Shown here: piece by piece, positions 47,891 through 57,464 of the stretch
How positions within the stretch are numbered: the stretch's first letter is position 1
How the letters are laid out: the number at the start of each line of letters is the position of its first letter
Assembly: GCA_963733295.1 (NCBI GenBank)
Contig: CAVTCS010000003.1
Location: 2,272,001 to 2,336,000 of the forward strand
DNA: 64,000 nucleotides
Direction: 5' to 3'
From: Vulcanimicrobiota bacterium
Lineage (GTDB): Bacteria > Vulcanimicrobiota > Vulcanimicrobiia > Vulcanimicrobiales > Vulcanimicrobiaceae
Made by a program: the position numbers and the translations under genes
The notes under the pieces: generated by a model
Seen by the model: the letters and a program-made list of their open reading frames with translations, nothing else
Databases searched by the model: none
What the model was told of the DNA's origin: nothing

Positions 47891-48949
47891 CTAGTAGTGG
47901 GAGACTTCGATTACGGCGTCGGCAAAGGCCCCAGGTGCTTCTTGAGGCACGTCGTGACCGATGCCCTTGAAGATCTTGTGCGAGTATTTGCCTGAGAATT
48001 TGTCGCGGTAGGCCGTTCCGTCCGCGGCCGCGCCGTCGAAATCACTAGCAATGGTGATCGTCGGTACGGTGATAACGGGAGCTGCGGCGAGACGCTTCTC
48101 TATGTCAGCGTACTGTGGCTTGCCGTCAACCAACCCGATGTGCCAACGGTAGTGATTGACTATGACATCGATGTAATCCGGATTATTGAAGGCCGCTGCG
48201 GTGCGGTCGAACGTCGCATCGCTGAAATCCCATTTCGGCGATACGTTTTTCCAAATGAGTTTCGCAAAGTCGTGCCGGTATTTTGTGTAACCGATTACGC
48301 CGCGTTGGGTGGAGAAATAATACTGATACCACCAGGCATATTCGCCCTGCGGCGGCAGCGGGGTGTCTTTCCAAAACTTGAGATCGGTAATCAAATAGCC
48401 GCTCACCGAGACGAGGGCCTTGCAGCGTTCGGGCCAGAGCGCCGCGACGGTGTCAACGTAGTCGGATCCTAAATCAAATCCACCCAAGATCGCCTTCTGG
48501 ATCTTGAGAGCATCCATGAGGGCGACGAGATCGAGCGCAAACGCGGCTTGCTGTCCATTCCGGAACGCAGTGCTTGAGAGAAAACTTGTCGTGCCGTGGC
48601 CGCGCAGATACGGTACGATGACCCGGTAGCCCGCGGACGCGAGCAAAGGCGCTACGTCGACATAGGCGTGAATATCGTAAGGCCAGCCGTGAAGGAGGAT
48701 GACCACGGGGCCGTTGGCGGGACCATCTTCGGCGTATCCCACGTTGAGGAGCCCCGCCTTGATTTGCTTCATCGCGGCGAACGACGTGTGCGTCCCCGGG
48801 CTCGGCGTAAGTGTCGTCGTCGCGTTCGCAGGGGTTGCAGCGCTCGACTGCGCTTCCGCAGAAGCGAACGTTCCGAGCTGAGCGGCGGCAACGCTCATTG
48901 CCGCGGTGCCGATGAAGCGAGCGCGATCGAGGTTGGTCTCTTTGGGCAT
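47891..48949 (-). CDS. Exported alpha/beta hydrolase (epoxide hydrolase-like)
   Basis: LLHGWP, PYLRG.G, GGFD nucleophile, WWYQYYF, GHDVPQEAP; AAGGAGG SD. Confidence 0.88.
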   Translation of the reverse strand: MPKETNLDRARFIGTAAMSVAAAQLGTFASAEAQSSAATPANATTTLTPSPGTHTSFAAMKQIKAGLLNVGYAEDGPANGPVVILLHGWPYDIHAYVDVAPLLASAGYRVIVPYLRGHGTTSFLSSTAFRNGQQAAFALDLVALMDALKIQKAILGGFDLGSDYVDTVAALWPERCKALVSVSGYLITDLKFWKDTPLPPQGEYAWWYQYYFSTQRGVIGYTKYRHDFAKLIWKNVSPKWDFSDATFDRTAAAFNNPDYIDVIVNHYRWHIGLVDGKPQYADIEKRLAAAPVITVPTITIASDFDGAAADGTAYRDKFSGKYSHKIFKGIGHDVPQEAPGAFADAVIEVSHY

Positions 48950-48990
48950 CGATTGCCTCCTTTGAGTTCGATGGTAGACGGCAAGTGGCG

Positions 48991-50064
48991 TCAGCCGAAA
49001 GTAAAAACGAACGCCTCGACGTGCGGATCGAGAAATTCAATCTCGAAGGTCCGGTCACTAATGCCGCCATGTTGACGGATCAACTGATACAGGCGCGGCT
49101 GGATCACAGTACCGCGGCCTTCGTCATCGATATCGCCGCCACGATCGTGCCCCGGCTCTTGCCCGTCGATCGTCACCTTGAAACGGCTGGGTTTGCCGTC
49201 CGGCCCCGGCGATAAGACCATATTGAGATCGCGGCCGTGGAAGCGCAAAACGACTCGACCGGGCGCCTCGTCGAGCGCGGCTTTCTCGTACCCAACCGTC
49301 CATCTTCCGTCGACTCCCCACTGGTCTTGTCCCAGCTGCGAGGGCGCGCGATAGATATGCGAGCGGTCCTTCAACTCACCGCCCGGCGAAACGAAGTTGT
49401 CAGCCCGGTTGTACCCGACATAGGTTTCGGGCGTTGACAAGTCGGTGAAGTCGGCCGGCGCTTCCACGCCTGCAGCCTTCACCTGCACGGGGTCGTTCCC
49501 GAAACCGGATTTGCCGTTCTCGCTCAACAGTTGCCGGATCGCTGCTTCCGACTCTGCGGTATCGCCCTCGCCGAAATGGTGATACCGGATACGGCCCTTG
49601 GCGTCGATGAAGTAGTCGGCCGGCCAATACTCGTTGTTGAAGGCTCGCCAGATCGCGTGGTCGCTGTCGATCGCAACGGGGTAGGTGATTCCGAGTTCCT
49701 TGGTCTCCCGCTTGACGTTGTCGACGTCGCGCTCGAAAGAGAATTCGGGCGCGTGAACGCCGATTACGATCAAGCCCTGATCGCGATACTTCTCCGCCCA
49801 GGCTCGGAGATACGGCAACGACCGTAAGCTGTTGATGCACGTATAGGTCCAGAAATCGACGACGACGACTTTGCCGCGCAGGGCCTCAGGAGTGAGCGCG
49901 GGGGAGTTCAGCCATTCGACCGCCCCCGTTAGGGACGGCATGTCTCCTTGGACGGGCAGTTCGCTCGCTTTTACGCTCGCGGGTGTCGTTTGAGCATCGC
50001 CATGCGAAGCACCGAACATCGAGGCACCTGCAAAAAGGAGGCTGGTTACGATCAGTCGCTTCAT
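48991..50064 (-). CDS. DipZ-like thioredoxin (redoxin plus C-terminal domain), exported
   Basis: WLNS..L....LRGKVV.VDFWTY.CIN, GVH.PEF, N.YWPA, HFGEG, RLYQL, FTFG. Confidence 0.87.
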   Translation of the reverse strand: MKRLIVTSLLFAGASMFGASHGDAQTTPASVKASELPVQGDMPSLTGAVEWLNSPALTPEALRGKVVVVDFWTYTCINSLRSLPYLRAWAEKYRDQGLIVIGVHAPEFSFERDVDNVKRETKELGITYPVAIDSDHAIWRAFNNEYWPADYFIDAKGRIRYHHFGEGDTAESEAAIRQLLSENGKSGFGNDPVQVKAAGVEAPADFTDLSTPETYVGYNRADNFVSPGGELKDRSHIYRAPSQLGQDQWGVDGRWTVGYEKAALDEAPGRVVLRFHGRDLNMVLSPGPDGKPSRFKVTIDGQEPGHDRGGDIDDEGRGTVIQPRLYQLIRQHGGISDRTFEIEFLDPHVEAFVFTFG

Positions 50065-50156
50065 CCGAAGTTGCCCCCGCGGCACGTAAGACTCGGCGAC
50101 CGCGCGTCCCTTGAGATGTCGAGCCTGGCTTCGACATCCTGTGCTCGTCGTAGCGG

Positions 50157-50534
50157 CTAGTTCGTGTGCTCCGTCGCCGGATCGATGTGGAACGTCTTTT
50201 GGACCCAAAAATTGTAGGCAGCGCGAGCCTGCTGGACCGTTAGTGCGTTTCCGAAATCAGGTCCTGGATCTGCTTTTGCCGTGACGCTCCCGATCGTCTT
50301 CATCGAACCATCGCTCATTTGCATGCTGAGGGCGAACGGTTTGCAGACGAGCAAGGCCGACGTTGCTACCATCTTTGCGCTCGCCGTCTCACCGGAAAGG
50401 GCCGGCCGGCAGAGGTACGACGTCATCATTGCCGGCTGCGCCGTCGACTGCGCCCACGCAGCTGTAGCCAGCGCCAGTGAAAGAACCAGAAATGCGAGGA
50501 CTGCCATACGGGTGCCTTTGATCTCAATAGTCAT
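50157..50534 (-). CDS. Small secreted hypothetical protein
   Basis: AAGGAG SD; signal peptide ending AWA; two Cys. Confidence 0.65.
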   Translation of the reverse strand: MTIEIKGTRMAVLAFLVLSLALATAAWAQSTAQPAMMTSYLCRPALSGETASAKMVATSALLVCKPFALSMQMSDGSMKTIGSVTAKADPGPDFGNALTVQQARAAYNFWVQKTFHIDPATEHTN

Positions 50535-50589
50535 GAGGTTCTCCTTGGGGGTTACGTCTGAATTACAGCCACGAAAGCGATTGCTACTA

Positions 50590-50621
50590 CCCTTGGCCGC
50601 TTCATCCCTTGGTCGCTTCAT
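50590..50621. repeat. 16-bp tandem direct repeat (2 copies, 1 mismatch)
   Basis: CCCTTGGCCGCTTCAT / CCCTTGGTCGCTTCAT. Confidence 0.8.
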
Positions 50622-50913
50622 CTGGAACGCCGCCGCACAGTGCCGTGCCTTAAGATTTGCGCGATTCGGAAACCAAATCTCCCTCCTTTGTTATCCTGCA
50701 TAACCTTTACGACTGAAATTTCGGTGGAACGCCCGTGCACCTCGGCCGCTCGGGAAGCCGAACCCGCGCAGCGCGTTGAATCCACATGGCTGCGAATCAG
50801 TCAACCAAACGATTGGCCGCGACCGGCAGCGCCGATGACGCCTCCTTGATTCATCGCAGAGTGAGAATGTTTATGTTACGCTTCCTGGGACGCGACCTCG
50901 CGGGAAGGGCAAC

Positions 50914-51804
50914 ATGAATCGCGCGCATTTCATCGCGGCCGGAGCCGGGCTCGCCTTGTGGACGGGCGCCGGTACAACCGGCGCATCCGCCACTTCCCAG
51001 AAACGCTCGCTTTGGGTTTGGCAAACCCCGCTCGACCAAGCCTCCGAGGTCGCGGCGTTCGCCTCGCGCAACGATTTCGCTCTCGTCTTTCTCTCCGTGG
51101 TGGCCACGGAACGAAGTGCGCTCGAAGCCGGCGCCGCGAAGTCGTTGGACGCGTTGCGCGCGCTCAAGAGCTTAAATCTCACGCTCTACGGCGTCGCCGG
51201 CGACCCTTCGTGGGTGAAGCACAAGCGCAGCGGGCCGCCGCAGAGCGTCGTCAAGCTCCTCGCAGCGCATCGTTCGTACGGGATTTTCGATGGAATCGCA
51301 CTCGATCTCGAGCCGCACACCTTGCCCGAATGGAAAGACGACAGCGAGAAAGCCGGCCTAGCCGAGAACTATCTCGACGTCTTACGGCTCGTGCGCTCCG
51401 CGGCAGCGCGAGAGGATCTCCCCTTGCTGGCGACCGTCCATCCCACGTACGCGAAGTACTCGCCGCCCTCGAGCAAAGGAGAAACGCTGCTGCAAAGTGC
51501 GGCGCGCGCCGTCGACGCGACCGATTTGATGGCTTATCGCAACGCGGAGAATACGCTGGAGAGTTTCGGAGGCTTGGCGATGGAGCAACTTGCGGGCGTG
51601 GCTCGCTCCTGGTGGTTGGGCGTAAGCACTCACGTAAAATCACCGCCAGGCACGTCGTACGCAACCGTGCCCGCGGCGCGCTTCTTCCCCGATATCGACG
51701 CGACGGCCGCCGCCCTCGAAAAGCGCTACGGCCGCAGCTTCGCGGGCATTTCGGTCGAGGACTATCGCAACAGCGTCGCCCTGCTCGGCAAGAACTCCGG
51801 CTAA
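50914..51804 (+). CDS. Exported hypothetical protein, possible TIM-barrel glycoside hydrolase-like fold
   Basis: Signal peptide; LWVW, GDPSW, FDGI.LD.EP, LMAYR. Confidence 0.6.
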   Translation: MNRAHFIAAGAGLALWTGAGTTGASATSQKRSLWVWQTPLDQASEVAAFASRNDFALVFLSVVATERSALEAGAAKSLDALRALKSLNLTLYGVAGDPSWVKHKRSGPPQSVVKLLAAHRSYGIFDGIALDLEPHTLPEWKDDSEKAGLAENYLDVLRLVRSAAAREDLPLLATVHPTYAKYSPPSSKGETLLQSAARAVDATDLMAYRNAENTLESFGGLAMEQLAGVARSWWLGVSTHVKSPPGTSYATVPAARFFPDIDATAAALEKRYGRSFAGISVEDYRNSVALLGKNSG

Positions 51805-51815
51805 GTCGTCCGAGT

Positions 51816-52292
51816 TTACGTCGGCTGCGAAGAAGGGGCCGGTATCTGCGGAGGCGCGATGATGGGCCGGCGCAACATCACGTTCGTGACGCCTGCAGCG
51901 CGGGCGATTTGGGAAGTCAGGGAGGCGAGCGTTTTCTCGAGATCCCCCACCGCACAAGTTAGATCCGGCGTGCTCGCTCCGTTGTACCTGACTCGCACCG
52001 AATATCCGAACGACGCGCTCTTCATACAACGGGCCAAAGGCAAGGCTGCGAACGGCTCGGCAGCATCCAGCGCTGCGAAGAATCGATTCACGAGGTCGGG
52101 CGGAAGACTAGCGGACCGCGGTCCCTTACCATCTTGCGCATCGACGAGCGCGGAACCTGAGCGGCCGACCTGGACCGCGTACCCGCGCGTGTTCGTCGAG
52201 CCGGAGTTGACGATGTCGGCTTGACCTTGGACGTCGGGCGGCGGAGAAGCCGCCGACGCGACAAATGCCATCAGCGCGATCCATTTCGTCAT
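51816..52292 (-). CDS. Secreted hypothetical protein
   Basis: Short signal peptide; NSGSTNT.GY, CMKSASFG, PDL.C. Confidence 0.6.
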   Translation of the reverse strand: MTKWIALMAFVASAASPPPDVQGQADIVNSGSTNTRGYAVQVGRSGSALVDAQDGKGPRSASLPPDLVNRFFAALDAAEPFAALPLARCMKSASFGYSVRVRYNGASTPDLTCAVGDLEKTLASLTSQIARAAGVTNVMLRRPIIAPPQIPAPSSQPT

Positions 52293-52336
52293 GTCAATCC
52301 CAACGAATCGATCTCTTCCGAAGTTGTGCGATAGCG

Positions 52337-53986
52337 TTAACGCCGCGTGAGTTTTCCGCGGACCCGCTTTCCTTTTTTCACCGGAGGCTTCGGGCGACGG
52401 GTCGGGGCGCCGGATCCTTTCAGCAACGCCGCGACGGCCGGACCGTCGGGGCTTCCGAGTCCCGTGCACGCATCCCAACCCGAAGAGGCGGAGAAACTGC
52501 CGTTATTCCCGGTGAGGATATCGTTCAAGGCCGACGGCTTCGCGTACAACTGCGGATTGATGTACCCGGCGGGGATTCCGTCGATACTGTTGATCCGCGC
52601 AATGAGTCCGGCCCAGAGCGGAGCCACGGCACTCGTTCCGCCGAAAACCGAGCTGTCTCCGTCGACCAGCACGTCGTACCCGGTGTCGGGATCGGCATCG
52701 CCGCATACGTCCGGAACGCCCCGCATGCCGAGCGGAGTCTTCTTTGCGCCACTGGTCGTGCTCAGTCCGGCTTGCCAGGTCGGAAGCGAAAAGAAACTGC
52801 TGACGCCGCCCCCGGTCGAACCGCCGTTCGCCCCGTCGTTCCAAACCGTTTCCGAGGTGATCTTTCCCGCCGCCGACTGCAGGTTCGTGCCTCCGCAACC
52901 CAATGCGTAAGGGCTTGAGGCCGGAAAATCGACGTGGTTGCTTCCGTCGGTTACGCCATCGGAAGAACCGTTGTCGCCCGAGGCGATACACACCGTGATG
53001 CCGAGCGTCGCGGCCGACTGGAAGGCCTCATCGAACGCCGTCATAGCCTGCGCCGTCCACGAAGACTCGGGACCCCCCCAGCTGATCGAGATGACCGACG
53101 GCTTGTTCACGGTGTCGTGGATAGCGCTCGTCACGGCGTCGAGAAAACCGGCATCGGTGTTCGGAGCGAAGTAGACGACGATGCCGGCGTCGGGAGCGAT
53201 CGCGCCCGCGATTTCGATGTCGAGCATGACCTCGCCGTCCGGACCATCCGCGCTTCCGGTCGGCTTGTTCGTTCCGTGATCGACGGAGACGGCGGTCACC
53301 GTCGGGAGATCGACCTTGAGTTGCGCAAAGTACGTCTGCAAGTCGGCGGGGCGATAGCCTCCGCCCAACTCGACGATGCCGATCGTCTGACCTTTGCCGC
53401 CGCCCGCCGGAAAATCGTACAGCGTAGCAACTTGCGTGGGCGGATACGATACGTCTGCTGCCGCGGCCGAGTTCCAAATGACGTTGCCGCGCGGCGCGCA
53501 TATCCGAAAGTGCGGCTTCGCCTGCGGCCGGTTATCGAGCCCGAGAACAGCCACGACGATCCCCGCAAGTTCCTTCGGCAAGTAGATCGGTCCGGTTCGA
53601 CCGCGGTACGTTCCATTGTCGTGATCGAACATTTGGAGATCGATTCCGAACGTGGCCTCGAACTGCGCGACGGTTCCCGATAGAATGACGATGCGCCGGT
53701 CGGATGCTTCTCGCACGACCGCTAACTTCGAGCGTGTGGCGAAGGCACGGACGGCGGCCATGTCGGCGGAATCTGCGCCGTATTGCGCCGCGAAGTCTCC
53801 GTGCGCGACGCGTTTCGAAGTGTCGCCCGCACCTGCCGCAGCGACGCAAGCGGCAAACGCGCCGGGCGAGCGGCGACGCAAGACGAGCGTGACTTCAAGA
53901 CGCTCGTTCGGGTTCGCTTTTCCGACGGCTCGAGCTCCGGGGAGCACCTGACGGACGCTGCCGGGCAGCGCTTTACGATTTGGCAT
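52337..53986 (-). CDS. S53 sedolisin/kumamolisin peptidase with prodomain
   Basis: EVMLDIE (Glu/Asp), SISWG, SGDNG, GGTSAVAP (Ser), WDACTGLGSP Ca site. Confidence 0.93.
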   Translation of the reverse strand: MPNRKALPGSVRQVLPGARAVGKANPNERLEVTLVLRRRSPGAFAACVAAAGAGDTSKRVAHGDFAAQYGADSADMAAVRAFATRSKLAVVREASDRRIVILSGTVAQFEATFGIDLQMFDHDNGTYRGRTGPIYLPKELAGIVVAVLGLDNRPQAKPHFRICAPRGNVIWNSAAAADVSYPPTQVATLYDFPAGGGKGQTIGIVELGGGYRPADLQTYFAQLKVDLPTVTAVSVDHGTNKPTGSADGPDGEVMLDIEIAGAIAPDAGIVVYFAPNTDAGFLDAVTSAIHDTVNKPSVISISWGGPESSWTAQAMTAFDEAFQSAATLGITVCIASGDNGSSDGVTDGSNHVDFPASSPYALGCGGTNLQSAAGKITSETVWNDGANGGSTGGGVSSFFSLPTWQAGLSTTSGAKKTPLGMRGVPDVCGDADPDTGYDVLVDGDSSVFGGTSAVAPLWAGLIARINSIDGIPAGYINPQLYAKPSALNDILTGNNGSFSASSGWDACTGLGSPDGPAVAALLKGSGAPTRRPKPPVKKGKRVRGKLTRR

Positions 53987-53995
53987 AACGACTAG

Positions 53996-54024
53996 AGAGT
54001 AGTCCGCTTGCGCGAATCGAGCAA
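53996..54024 (-). promoter_or_regulatory. Sigma70 promoter of the S53 peptidase (near-leaderless)
   Basis: TTGCTC-17 bp-TACTCT, 9 nt before ATG. Confidence 0.5.
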
Positions 54025-54154
54025 GACTCAGGCGCTTTTGCGCCGCGCTCGACCATGACAAACCGAGGCCTCGCTTCCTGGCCCGGCCGCAAACGAGCGC
54101 AGGGCATGGCTGGATCCACGTCGTCGCGTGCTTCGACCCTGGCGATTACCGTCC

Positions 54155-54706
54155 TTACGGCTTCGCCAACTCGCGCTCGATCGCAGCCAGTAGCAGCGGA
54201 TCGTCGGGAGCGACGTCCGGCGCAAAACGCGCCACGACCTTCCCGTCGCGGCCGAGCAAGAACTTCTCGAAGTTCCAAAGGACGTCCGACGGACCGTCCT
54301 GACGGATACCGTGGGCGGCAAGTTTCGCGCCGAATTCGCTCCCTGGTTTCGCCGTTGCCGACGGTTGCGCGAGAGTCAGTGCACGGTAGAGCGGGTGCTG
54401 GTCGAAACCTTTCACGGAGATCTTCGCAAACATTGGAAACTGCACGCCGTAGCTCGTCGAACAGAACGTCGCGATCTCGCCATTCGTGCCCGGTTCCTGA
54501 GCACCGAAGTCGTTGGCCGGGAACCCGGCCACCACGAGCCCGCGCTCGCGCTCGGATTCGTAGAGCTTCTCGAGGGCGGCATACTGCGGCGTAAGACCGC
54601 ACTCGGACGCGACGTTCACCACCAGCAAAACCTTGCCGGCAAATTCGTGCAGCGAAGAGGGCGAGCCATCGATGCGCTCGACGGGAATCTCAAAGATCGT
54701 GCTCAT
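54155..54706 (-). CDS. Glutathione peroxidase (Cys-type, BtuE-like)
   Basis: NVASECGLTPQY, FPANDFG.QEPG, WNFEKFL. Confidence 0.93.
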   Translation of the reverse strand: MSTIFEIPVERIDGSPSSLHEFAGKVLLVVNVASECGLTPQYAALEKLYESERERGLVVAGFPANDFGAQEPGTNGEIATFCSTSYGVQFPMFAKISVKGFDQHPLYRALTLAQPSATAKPGSEFGAKLAAHGIRQDGPSDVLWNFEKFLLGRDGKVVARFAPDVAPDDPLLLAAIERELAKP

Positions 54707-54777
54707 AGCGGCCGGCTTCCGCCCCCTCGTACGAACTCCCGCGCGGACTCGCGGACGCATACGGCGTAAGCATCCGA

Positions 54778-55572
54778 ATGAACCTCTTGGACGAGCTCGA
54801 AGCCCGCTCGATCTCGATTCTCCGGGAAGCTTATTTCCGGGTGACGCCGCTCGCGATGCTGTGGTCGATGGGGAAGGACAGTACGGCGCTGCTCTGGCTC
54901 GTCCGCAAAGCCTTCTTCGGAACGGTACCTTTCCGCGTCGTCCTGCTCGACACCGAGATGGAATTACCGGAAGTGTACGCGTTCCGGGATCGCATCGCGC
55001 GCGAGTGGGGTCTCGACCTTCACAACGAACTGTGTCCGCCCGAAGCGTCGATCGACCCCAGCCTTCCGCCGGCCGCGCGCGCCGCCGCGCGAAAAAGCGC
55101 CGGCCTGCGGGCGCTGATCGAGCGCGAAAAGTATCGCGGCATCCTCGTGGGCATCCGGCGCGACGAGCAAGCGACGCGCGCCAAGGAACGCGTCTTCTCG
55201 CCCCGCGGCGCCGACGGCGCCTGGGACGTCAAACGGCAACCGCCCGAATTATGGGACGTTTACCATACCGGAATCGCGGACGGTCAGCACCTGCGCATTC
55301 ATCCGCTTTTGCATTGGACCGAGCTCGACGTGTGGCGCTATACCGAGCGCGAGAACATCCCGTTCGTGCCATTGTATTTAGCACGTGAGGGCCGGCGCTA
55401 CCGTTCGCTCGGTGAGAAAAACATCACCGTTCCGATCGCCTCGCATGCCGCCTCGCTCGCCGAGATCATCGCCGAACTCGAGACCAGCACCACGCCCGAA
55501 CGTGCCGGCCGGACGATGGACCACGAAAGGGAAGATGCGTTCGAGCGCTTACGCGCGGGCGGTTACATGTGA
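54778..55572 (+). CDS. cysD: Sulfate adenylyltransferase subunit 2
   Basis: WSMGKDS, GIRRDE...RAKERVFS, HPLL.WTE.DVW.Y, RYRSLG, ERAGR. Confidence 0.92.
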   Translation: MNLLDELEARSISILREAYFRVTPLAMLWSMGKDSTALLWLVRKAFFGTVPFRVVLLDTEMELPEVYAFRDRIAREWGLDLHNELCPPEASIDPSLPPAARAAARKSAGLRALIEREKYRGILVGIRRDEQATRAKERVFSPRGADGAWDVKRQPPELWDVYHTGIADGQHLRIHPLLHWTELDVWRYTERENIPFVPLYLAREGRRYRSLGEKNITVPIASHAASLAEIIAELETSTTPERAGRTMDHEREDAFERLRAGGYM

Positions 55573-57425
55573 TCGCTGCGAACAAAGGGACGTTGACGCA
55601 AATTAGCGTCGTCGCGGTCGGGCACGTCGACCACGGAAAGTCCACTCTGATCGGTCGACTCCTCAACGACACCGAAAACCTGCCGGCCCAGCGTCTCGAC
55701 GAGATGCGCTCGGCGAGCGAGCGGCGCGGCGTCGCTTTCGAGTGGTCGTTCGTTCTCGATTCGTTGCAGAGCGAACGCGATCAGGCCGTAACGATCGACA
55801 CGACGCGCATTTGGCTGCGGCTGCCCGGACGCGACCTCGTGCTGATCGACGCGCCGGGTCACAAGGAATTTTTGCGCAACATGGTGACCGGTGCGTCGGA
55901 TGCCGATGCGGCCCTCCTGGTCGTAGACGCGCACGAAGGCGTCAGCGAGCAAACGCGCCGCCACGCGCTGCTGCTCGAGCTCATCGGCGTGCGGCAGGCA
56001 ATTGTCGCAATCAACAAGATGGACCTCATCGATTACGCGGAGGAACGCTATCGGCACATCGTCGCTGAGGTACGCGGCCTTCTCGAGCGCATCGGAATCG
56101 AACCGACCGCGTACGTGCCGGTCTCGGCGCGCGAGGGTGACAACGTCGCTCGCGCCTCCAAGGCGATGCCCTGGTACGACGGTCCGACGATCCTCGAGGC
56201 GCTGCTCGCGCTTCCGGGACGCGCGCCTTCGACGCAAGCCGGCCTGCGCATTGCGGTGCAAGGCGTCTTGCGGCGCGATCGCGAGCGAATCGTCGTCGGA
56301 CGGATCGAATCCGGCTCCATCGCGCCGGGAGACGAGATTCTCATTTCGCCCGGCCGGCGCAGCGCGCGCGTCCGCACGATCGAATCCTGGCCGCCGGACG
56401 CGACGACCCGGGCGGACGCCGGAGCCTCCGTCGGCTTTACGCTCGACGGTCAGGTCTTCGTCGATCGAGGCGACGTCGTCAGCGATCCACAGCACGCGCC
56501 CACGCTCGCAACCGAAATCCGGGCGCGCTTCTTGTGGTTGGGCAGCGATGTTCTACGGCCCGGCCGGCGACTCACGCTGCGCTTCGGTACGCGGAGCGCG
56601 AACGTCGAGGTCGCGCGGCTCGAGCGAGTCATCGGAATCGATGCCCTGGAAGACCAAAAACCTGGTTTCGCTCGCGCAAACGACGTCGTCGAGGCCGTGC
56701 TCAAAAGCCGCGACGTCTTGGCAGTGGACGACATCGCCGTGCACCCCGCTCTCGCGCGCTTTATCCTTGTCGACGGACTCGACATCGTCGGCGGCGGCAC
56801 GATTCTCGCCGCTCTGGATTCGGCGCCGAGCAGCGATCGGCGGGATCTCGTTCCGTCGGGTCACCTGCTCGATCCCGGCGCCCGCGCGTGGCGCAACGGA
56901 CATCGCGGGGCCGTCATCTGGCTGACGGGCCTGCCCGCGTCGGGCAAGTCCACGCTTGCGATGCACGTCGAGCGCAGACTGTTCGAGCGCGGCTTCAACG
57001 CCTACGTGCTCGACGGCGACAACGTCCGTACCGGTCTCTGCAACGATCTCGGCTTTTCCCCCGACGACCGGCGCGAAAACATCCGCCGCGTCGGTGAAGT
57101 GGCCGCGCTCTTTGCGGACTCAGGCACGATCGCCATCGCTGCTTTCATCTCTCCGTACCGCAGCGATCGCGAGCGCGCGCGTCACGCCGCCGCCGGCACC
57201 TTTCACGAGATCTACGTCAAGGCCGATGCGGCGCTGTGTGAAGCGCGCGATCCAAAAGGTCACTACCGGCAAGCAAGAGCCGGCAAATTGCCGGACTTTA
57301 CCGGCATCACCGGCGACTACGAACCTCCGCTCCAACCGGACCTCGTCGTCGACACCGCAGACCTGTCCGTTTCCGATGCGACGGAGCGGTTGTTCCATTA
57401 CGTCGAAGCGGCCGTAACGCTCTAG
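55569..57425 (+). CDS. cysNC: Bifunctional sulfate adenylyltransferase subunit 1 / APS kinase
   Basis: GHVDHGKST, DAPGH, NKMD; C-term WLTGL.ASGKST, LDGDNVR, ISPY, RDPKG.Y. Confidence 0.92.
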   Translation: MIAANKGTLTQISVVAVGHVDHGKSTLIGRLLNDTENLPAQRLDEMRSASERRGVAFEWSFVLDSLQSERDQAVTIDTTRIWLRLPGRDLVLIDAPGHKEFLRNMVTGASDADAALLVVDAHEGVSEQTRRHALLLELIGVRQAIVAINKMDLIDYAEERYRHIVAEVRGLLERIGIEPTAYVPVSAREGDNVARASKAMPWYDGPTILEALLALPGRAPSTQAGLRIAVQGVLRRDRERIVVGRIESGSIAPGDEILISPGRRSARVRTIESWPPDATTRADAGASVGFTLDGQVFVDRGDVVSDPQHAPTLATEIRARFLWLGSDVLRPGRRLTLRFGTRSANVEVARLERVIGIDALEDQKPGFARANDVVEAVLKSRDVLAVDDIAVHPALARFILVDGLDIVGGGTILAALDSAPSSDRRDLVPSGHLLDPGARAWRNGHRGAVIWLTGLPASGKSTLAMHVERRLFERGFNAYVLDGDNVRTGLCNDLGFSPDDRRENIRRVGEVAALFADSGTIAIAAFISPYRSDRERARHAAAGTFHEIYVKADAALCEARDPKGHYRQARAGKLPDFTGITGDYEPPLQPDLVVDTADLSVSDATERLFHYVEAAVTL

Positions 57426-57464
57426 ACAGGAGGCGAAGGTGGGCGCCGGAGGAACCCCGAGCAA

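Noticed and set aside
54155..54706. Possible selenocysteine glutathione peroxidase
   Set aside because: Active-site codon is TGC (Cys); no in-frame TGA
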